DNA of 64,000 nucleotides, taken from contig WJMJ01000059.1 in NCBI GenBank assembly GCA_014728035.1, forward strand, positions 311,758-375,757. Direction: 5' to 3'. The stretch is from Promethearchaeota archaeon. Its GTDB lineage: Archaea; Asgardarchaeota; Thorarchaeia; Thorarchaeales; Thorarchaeaceae. A model generated the notes under the pieces. That model was not told the DNA's origin. It did not search any database and saw nothing but the letters and a program-made list of their open reading frames with translations. Within the stretch, counting starts at the first letter, position 1, and each line of letters begins with the position of its first letter. A program made the position numbers and the translations under genes. Positions 59,454 to 64,000 of this stretch are shown in pieces.

Positions 59454-61349
59454 TTAGGTGTATTTCTTCAATGCATATGTTAGTATCCATGACACAGGAA
59501 CCAGAATTGCAAGATATACACCTGGTAGTAGAATCAATGGTACATCTAACAAGTTCGCTACAATCAGAAATGACCCTGCCATAGCTAGAGGCCCAAGCAT
59601 TGCTACCAAGTTAGGTATCCTTACCTGCCAAATATTGTCCTCTCTTAGTATATATAACATTGCCAGAAATGGAACCCAGAATAGAGCTATTACAATAACG
59701 CTTACAAAATTCTGTGGGAATCCAGTGGGAAATATCAAACTACCCTCATTCCATGACACTAATAGCAATAATGGTACAAAACCTAGATAATTGATTTCAT
59801 ACATGTCAATAAACGGACCACTTTGCATATTTACTATGAACCAAGGTACAAATATACTGCCTAGTGATAGCCAAAATGGGATAGATTTTACATTCTTTAG
59901 TTGTGAAATCCATTTTTGATTTTCTGTATTTTTCCATAACGTGATGATAGCTGCAAAAATCAGTGAAACCGCAACGGTGATGACTATGGTTTCTCCTGGT
60001 GAGAGTGCAAATCCCAAAAATTCGAAATATGCTAGGTCTATGTCCAGAATCAAGTCATTCGATCCTGAAATATCCTGCTGGATGTCAATATCTGTTTCTG
60101 AACTGATGAACATTATCTGATCCATTACATATATTCCCAGAATTAGTGAACCCATTATAGCTGGAATATAGAGGTAATCTATTTCGTGGACAGCTATACT
60201 CCAAAATCGGTAATATGAAAATGAAATCCAAGGCCCATCCTGAAACTTGTATTTGACAGTGGAGTTCTCATTAAATAATAGAACCGACATCTGTAGATGT
60301 GGAACTCTGGGATTAAGGTCTATTTGTAGCTTTAGAGTACCAATTGGAGCGTGTACTATGGTTTTCTTTCCACTCTCAACTAGAAATAGTATTGAACTCT
60401 CCTCCCAGAAGTCGAAGGAAACATGCCATCCTATAACGCCTTCATATTCGCCCTCTGGCAAATATATGGTTTCATTTCCCACTGGAATATAGATTCTAGA
60501 ATAATTCTCCTTCATTGAATTGGTTAGACGTAGATAGGGCGTTGGTCCTAACTCTTTTGAATATGGATTTGAATACAGACTATTTCCATCTGATGCTTTC
60601 ATGTCAATCGTCACAGGATACAAATCGATGTCATACTCTGCTGTGATTTGTACACTCTTGATAATGATGGATGAATAAAGGACAGAGTCCAATCTAATTC
60701 TGAAATCAGCTTGAACCATCCAGTCATCAGTGGCATTATTAATCATCCAGAGTGGAACATCCACCTGCATAGTATACATCTCTGGAGTACAAGTGGAATA
60801 ATATACTGTATATCTGGTATGATTCGCAAAGGTGTTATTAAATGGCACCGAGAGAAGGTCTTTCCATCTTTCAATTCCAATGTACATGCTTAGGTTTGTG
60901 GTACCTTGTAAAACCTCAACATCAGCCTCAAAAGTAAGCTTTGTAATGTTGTGAAGAGGTATGTTCACATCAGTTGAGAATACCATCTCAGTATCTTCAA
61001 AATCTATTTTCAACCCAGTTTCTCTTTCAGTATACGAATATTGAGCAACACCTCCAATAGAGTATACCTCAAAATCCCATTTTCTATCACCTGGAAACGG
61101 AGTGGCGTTCAACAGCATGCCATCAAAGGGCATTTCCAAGTCCTCTAGGTATGATACCGCGTCCTGTTGATCATTTATCTGTTGCCCCTCTATTATTCTC
61201 GTCTGGGGAATGGTTGACATTGGTACAAATGCAATAATAGCTGAGCTAACGACAATTGCAAGAATTAATGCTGCCAATACACTTTGAATAAGTTCTCTCC
61301 TGAACCGTGTGTTCATTCTCTCTGGCGACCTATTTGTCATTTGAATCAA
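59454..61349 (-). CDS. Membrane protein with large extracellular beta-rich domain
   Basis: N-terminal TM, ~400-aa beta-rich region, 5-6 C-terminal TMs. Confidence 0.75.
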   Translation of the reverse strand: MIQMTNRSPERMNTRFRRELIQSVLAALILAIVVSSAIIAFVPMSTIPQTRIIEGQQINDQQDAVSYLEDLEMPFDGMLLNATPFPGDRKWDFEVYSIGGVAQYSYTERETGLKIDFEDTEMVFSTDVNIPLHNITKLTFEADVEVLQGTTNLSMYIGIERWKDLLSVPFNNTFANHTRYTVYYSTCTPEMYTMQVDVPLWMINNATDDWMVQADFRIRLDSVLYSSIIIKSVQITAEYDIDLYPVTIDMKASDGNSLYSNPYSKELGPTPYLRLTNSMKENYSRIYIPVGNETIYLPEGEYEGVIGWHVSFDFWEESSILFLVESGKKTIVHAPIGTLKLQIDLNPRVPHLQMSVLLFNENSTVKYKFQDGPWISFSYYRFWSIAVHEIDYLYIPAIMGSLILGIYVMDQIMFISSETDIDIQQDISGSNDLILDIDLAYFEFLGFALSPGETIVITVAVSLIFAAIITLWKNTENQKWISQLKNVKSIPFWLSLGSIFVPWFIVNMQSGPFIDMYEINYLGFVPLLLLVSWNEGSLIFPTGFPQNFVSVIVIALFWVPFLAMLYILREDNIWQVRIPNLVAMLGPLAMAGSFLIVANLLDVPLILLPGVYLAILVPVSWILTYALKKYT

Positions 61350-61485
61350 GTAAGAATTCTCTTGTAATTACTTCAATCTAAAGTTTAGAACGGATAGAAC
61401 TTTCTGTTTCAAAGTGTAGAACGGTATAATCAACCGTTGAATTCTATATGACCTTCATATGAACAATATACTTCATAATCTTAGT

Positions 61486-62082
61486 TCATCTGATGAGGTT
61501 CAGTGTAAAGTTACTGCCTTTTCCATAGATTCGTCTTTGTCGAAAACCAGCTAGTTCAGCTATTTCCAGAATCTCCTTTGTTGTGAGGCTATCCGGGTCA
61601 CCGGGTTGTTCAGTAATTGATAGTAATCCATTGTCCGTTAGAATTCGATTTATCTCTTTCAGACACATGAGCTTATCTGGAATCTCTCCAAGAACTGCGA
61701 CTAAAAAGACAACATCAAATGTTTTATCCAAGAACGGCATTTTTTCTCCATTTGCTTGGATGAATCCTGTTCGGTTATTGCTTCCTAGTCTGCTTCTTAC
61801 TTTCTCAAGCATTTCTTTTTGGATATCTGCCATAATGTGTTGACCGTTATCCACTCGATTTGAAATTTCTCTGCTGAAATATCCTGGACCTGGTCCTAGC
61901 TCTAGTATTCTAGAGTCTGACATGAGATTTAGTCTGTTTACTAGTTCACTTGGAGATAAGATGAACCTTCTAAATGGATTTAACAAACCAAATGAAAATT
62001 GATAGGGACAAACTCCTTTTCCAAAGAAGCTTCTCACTATCTTTTTCATTCTTGAGAATCTTGATTGTTTTTTCTTATCCAT
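61486..62082 (-). CDS. Class I SAM-dependent methyltransferase
   Basis: ILELGPGPGYFS, DIQKEML, FDVVFLVAVLGEIPD. Confidence 0.9.
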   Translation of the reverse strand: MDKKKQSRFSRMKKIVRSFFGKGVCPYQFSFGLLNPFRRFILSPSELVNRLNLMSDSRILELGPGPGYFSREISNRVDNGQHIMADIQKEMLEKVRSRLGSNNRTGFIQANGEKMPFLDKTFDVVFLVAVLGEIPDKLMCLKEINRILTDNGLLSITEQPGDPDSLTTKEILEIAELAGFRQRRIYGKGSNFTLNLIR

Positions 62083-62098
62083 TAAGATATCCTCTCAA

Positions 62099-62908
62099 TC
62101 ATGTTTCCTCGTTCACAAGTCGTTCCTTCCCGAAGGTTATGATGACAATGATTGCTGTAATGAAGTTCCCCACAAGGCGAATCATGTCTAGAGGTGATTC
62201 CATTGTGAAAATTTCTCCTCCCAAGTTATTCACCAAATGATATAGCATTGCGGCAAACAAGGAACTATTGTTGTTGTTATACAACCAAGTGATCAAGATG
62301 CTTGTAGGAATAACTCCGATCATATACACCCAAAAACTCAGTGAACCAAGAATCAACTCATATTGATATGTTCCTGGCATAAGGAATAACGGAGTGTGCC
62401 AGATTGCCCAGATGAGTCCTAGTATTAGGCTTGAGGTGAGTGCGGAGAAATCTTCCTGTAGTTTGTCCAATGCAAAACCTCTCCAACCAGGCTCTTCAAA
62501 GATGACTGCTATCAGGTTGAACATCACAGAACCAAGAACGCCAATTGGAGCTGAGATATATACAATCATTGTGGAGATTGGTGACCAATTTGATAGAAAT
62601 AGCCCACCAAGTATGATTGTGACAAATATTGGAATGAAGACCACTGCCAACATGATGAAGCCCCATCTAATTGACATACTTCGAAATTGAACCATTCTGG
62701 ATAGAAGTTGCTTGATTCCTGTTTTTCCATCTTTAAACGCAATTAGTATAATTGATGCTGATAGTGGTCCTGTTCCACCGATAATGTAACATACCAATCC
62801 AATTGTGTTTGATAGTCCTCCTGTTGCGATTGCGGTAAACCAGAAGACCCAAGTAAATAGAATCGTCAACACGAAGAAGTACAGATATGTGGTTCGATTG
62901 GCATCCAA
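62099..62908 (-). CDS. CPBP (CAAX/Abi) intramembrane metalloprotease
   Basis: EEPGWRGF, WAIWH, HLVNN. Confidence 0.9.
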   Translation of the reverse strand: MDANRTTYLYFFVLTILFTWVFWFTAIATGGLSNTIGLVCYIIGGTGPLSASIILIAFKDGKTGIKQLLSRMVQFRSMSIRWGFIMLAVVFIPIFVTIILGGLFLSNWSPISTMIVYISAPIGVLGSVMFNLIAVIFEEPGWRGFALDKLQEDFSALTSSLILGLIWAIWHTPLFLMPGTYQYELILGSLSFWVYMIGVIPTSILITWLYNNNNSSLFAAMLYHLVNNLGGEIFTMESPLDMIRLVGNFITAIIVIITFGKERLVNEET

Positions 62909-63002
62909 AGTTAGTGTCCTCTCGTGAAAAAAGTGAGATTATTCTGGTATTTAATATTCTAGGTAAAAAGAAAAATGAGAGGCTCGGAAGAGCCTACTGT
63001 GA

Positions 63003-63206
63003 TTATTCCTCGTATCCGAAAGCTGCTTTGAGGTTTACTTTGTATCTGACAATTTTACCATCTTCAATATCACAGTTCATGCTGATGACATCGAGACCAT
63101 GGATATTCCTTATGGATTTAGATGCAGTCTTTAATGCTGATTCGATTGCATCGTCAAAACTTTCTGTTGAAACGCCAACTAACTCAATAACTTTTGCTAC
63201 TGTCAC
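63003..63206 (-). CDS. Dodecin
   Basis: VAKVIELVGVSTESFDDAI..A...ASKSIRNI...YKVNLKAAF. Confidence 0.9.
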   Translation of the reverse strand: MTVAKVIELVGVSTESFDDAIESALKTASKSIRNIHGLDVISMNCDIEDGKIVRYKVNLKAAFGYEE

Positions 63207-63429
63207 TATTATTTTCTTTCTAATCAATTAATAGCTCTTAACTCTTCTTTTTCAGTATTGGGGTCTATGATATGACTATTTGCGTAGAAAATAATTATGA
63301 GCTCCGTTTCCAAAATCGTCCATTTAAATTATGTGTCGAAATGGTTATTTGCTTCCATACTTATGCCAAAATAATCTAACAATTATAGAAAAACCGCATT
63401 GATTTTTCTTGTTGTAGCTGGTGCGAAAT

Positions 63430-64000
63430 TTGAAATGGGAAAGCAATCCAGACTTTGGGAATTATAGGTCTGAAATTAGTGATTCAATCGTCGAGAAGCG
63501 CATTTTTGAAAATTTGATTTCTAGGGATCCCTATCTTGTACTGGAAAAAATTAAGACATCACCTGAACCGTGGTGGGGGATTAGTCACTTATCCAAGTCT
63601 AAAATTGCGGACGATGCACAAGCTCATGAAGTCATCAAAGGAACAGCTGAAACAATTGCAATCGGGATGTCTTCTTCTGATCTCTATTGGGAAATACTCC
63701 AAAAAATCAAGTACTACTCCTGGCTATTCGACAATGAATTCATCGTGAAAGTCATCTCTGAAAAGATTCGAACTTCTAATAGTCCGGTTCTACTACAACA
63801 AATACAACCCTATTTTGACAGATTGATTAAACATAACTCTGTGAGAAACGCATTGCTACACTATCTAGAAACAAGTGATTATCCTCAGGCTGTCTTTGAA
63901 CTAGTTGAGAATCACCCATCTTTCTACACTGAACAAGACACAATATCCACAATTGAGTCAGTAATCAAAACCTCTGAATCTCCGTGGCATCTAATTAAGG
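63430..64000 (+). CDS. Helical-repeat protein, N-terminal part (runs off window)
   Basis: Not in ORF track. Open from TTG 63430 to window end, with repeats KIKTSPEPWW, KIRTSNSPVL, YLETSDYPQA, VIKTSESPWH. Confidence 0.7.
   Translation, partial: MKWESNPDFGNYRSEISDSIVEKRIFENLISRDPYLVLEKIKTSPEPWWGISHLSKSKIADDAQAHEVIKGTAETIAIGMSSSDLYWEILQKIKYYSWLFDNEFIVKVISEKIRTSNSPVLLQQIQPYFDRLIKHNSVRNALLHYLETSDYPQAVFELVENHPSFYTEQDTISTIESVIKTSESPWHLIK

Noticed and set aside
1-64000. CRISPR array, rRNA, tRNA, transposase or integrase
   Set aside because: No repeat-spacer periodicity, cloverleaf, rRNA signature or DDE/tyrosine recombinase motif seen by eye

Overview
Gene-dense, AT-rich archaeal chromosome segment. 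It is most likely Asgard, probably Thorarchaeia. That call rests on two Ras-superfamily small GTPases, four longin/roadblock-like domains, a GTPBP1/2-type translational GTPase, a 2153-aa Ig-repeat surface protein with a cytoplasmic longin-like tail, and GGTGA/GGAGGT ribosome-binding sites. Most genes are housekeeping or accessory metabolism: Nth, two cation:proton antiporters, threonine dehydrogenase, AKR, M20 and M1 peptidases, two MFS transporters, MsrB, MscL, dodecin, three CPBP proteases and several methyltransferases. I saw no rRNA, tRNA, CRISPR array or transposase. The best candidates for undescribed biology are: (1) an unannotated, closely coupled three-peptide mini-operon (34, 27 and 34 aa) at 18168-18472, with its own TATA box and a 19-bp operator palindrome; (2) a four-gene operon at 22182-24816 encoding a Zn-ribbon protein, a longin-like protein, a ~15-TM protein and a small GTPase; (3) a longin-like plus V4R/Bet3-like plus membrane protein operon at 3326-6023; (4) a Tes-family radical SAM plus ArsM-like methyltransferase pair converging on an operon of DUF547, a pseudo-methyltransferase, a longin-like protein and a PmtA-like methyltransferase at 43022-48267; (5) a giant receptor-like protein with an exact 588-nt two-domain repeat. 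All family calls come from motif recognition by eye, not from database searches.
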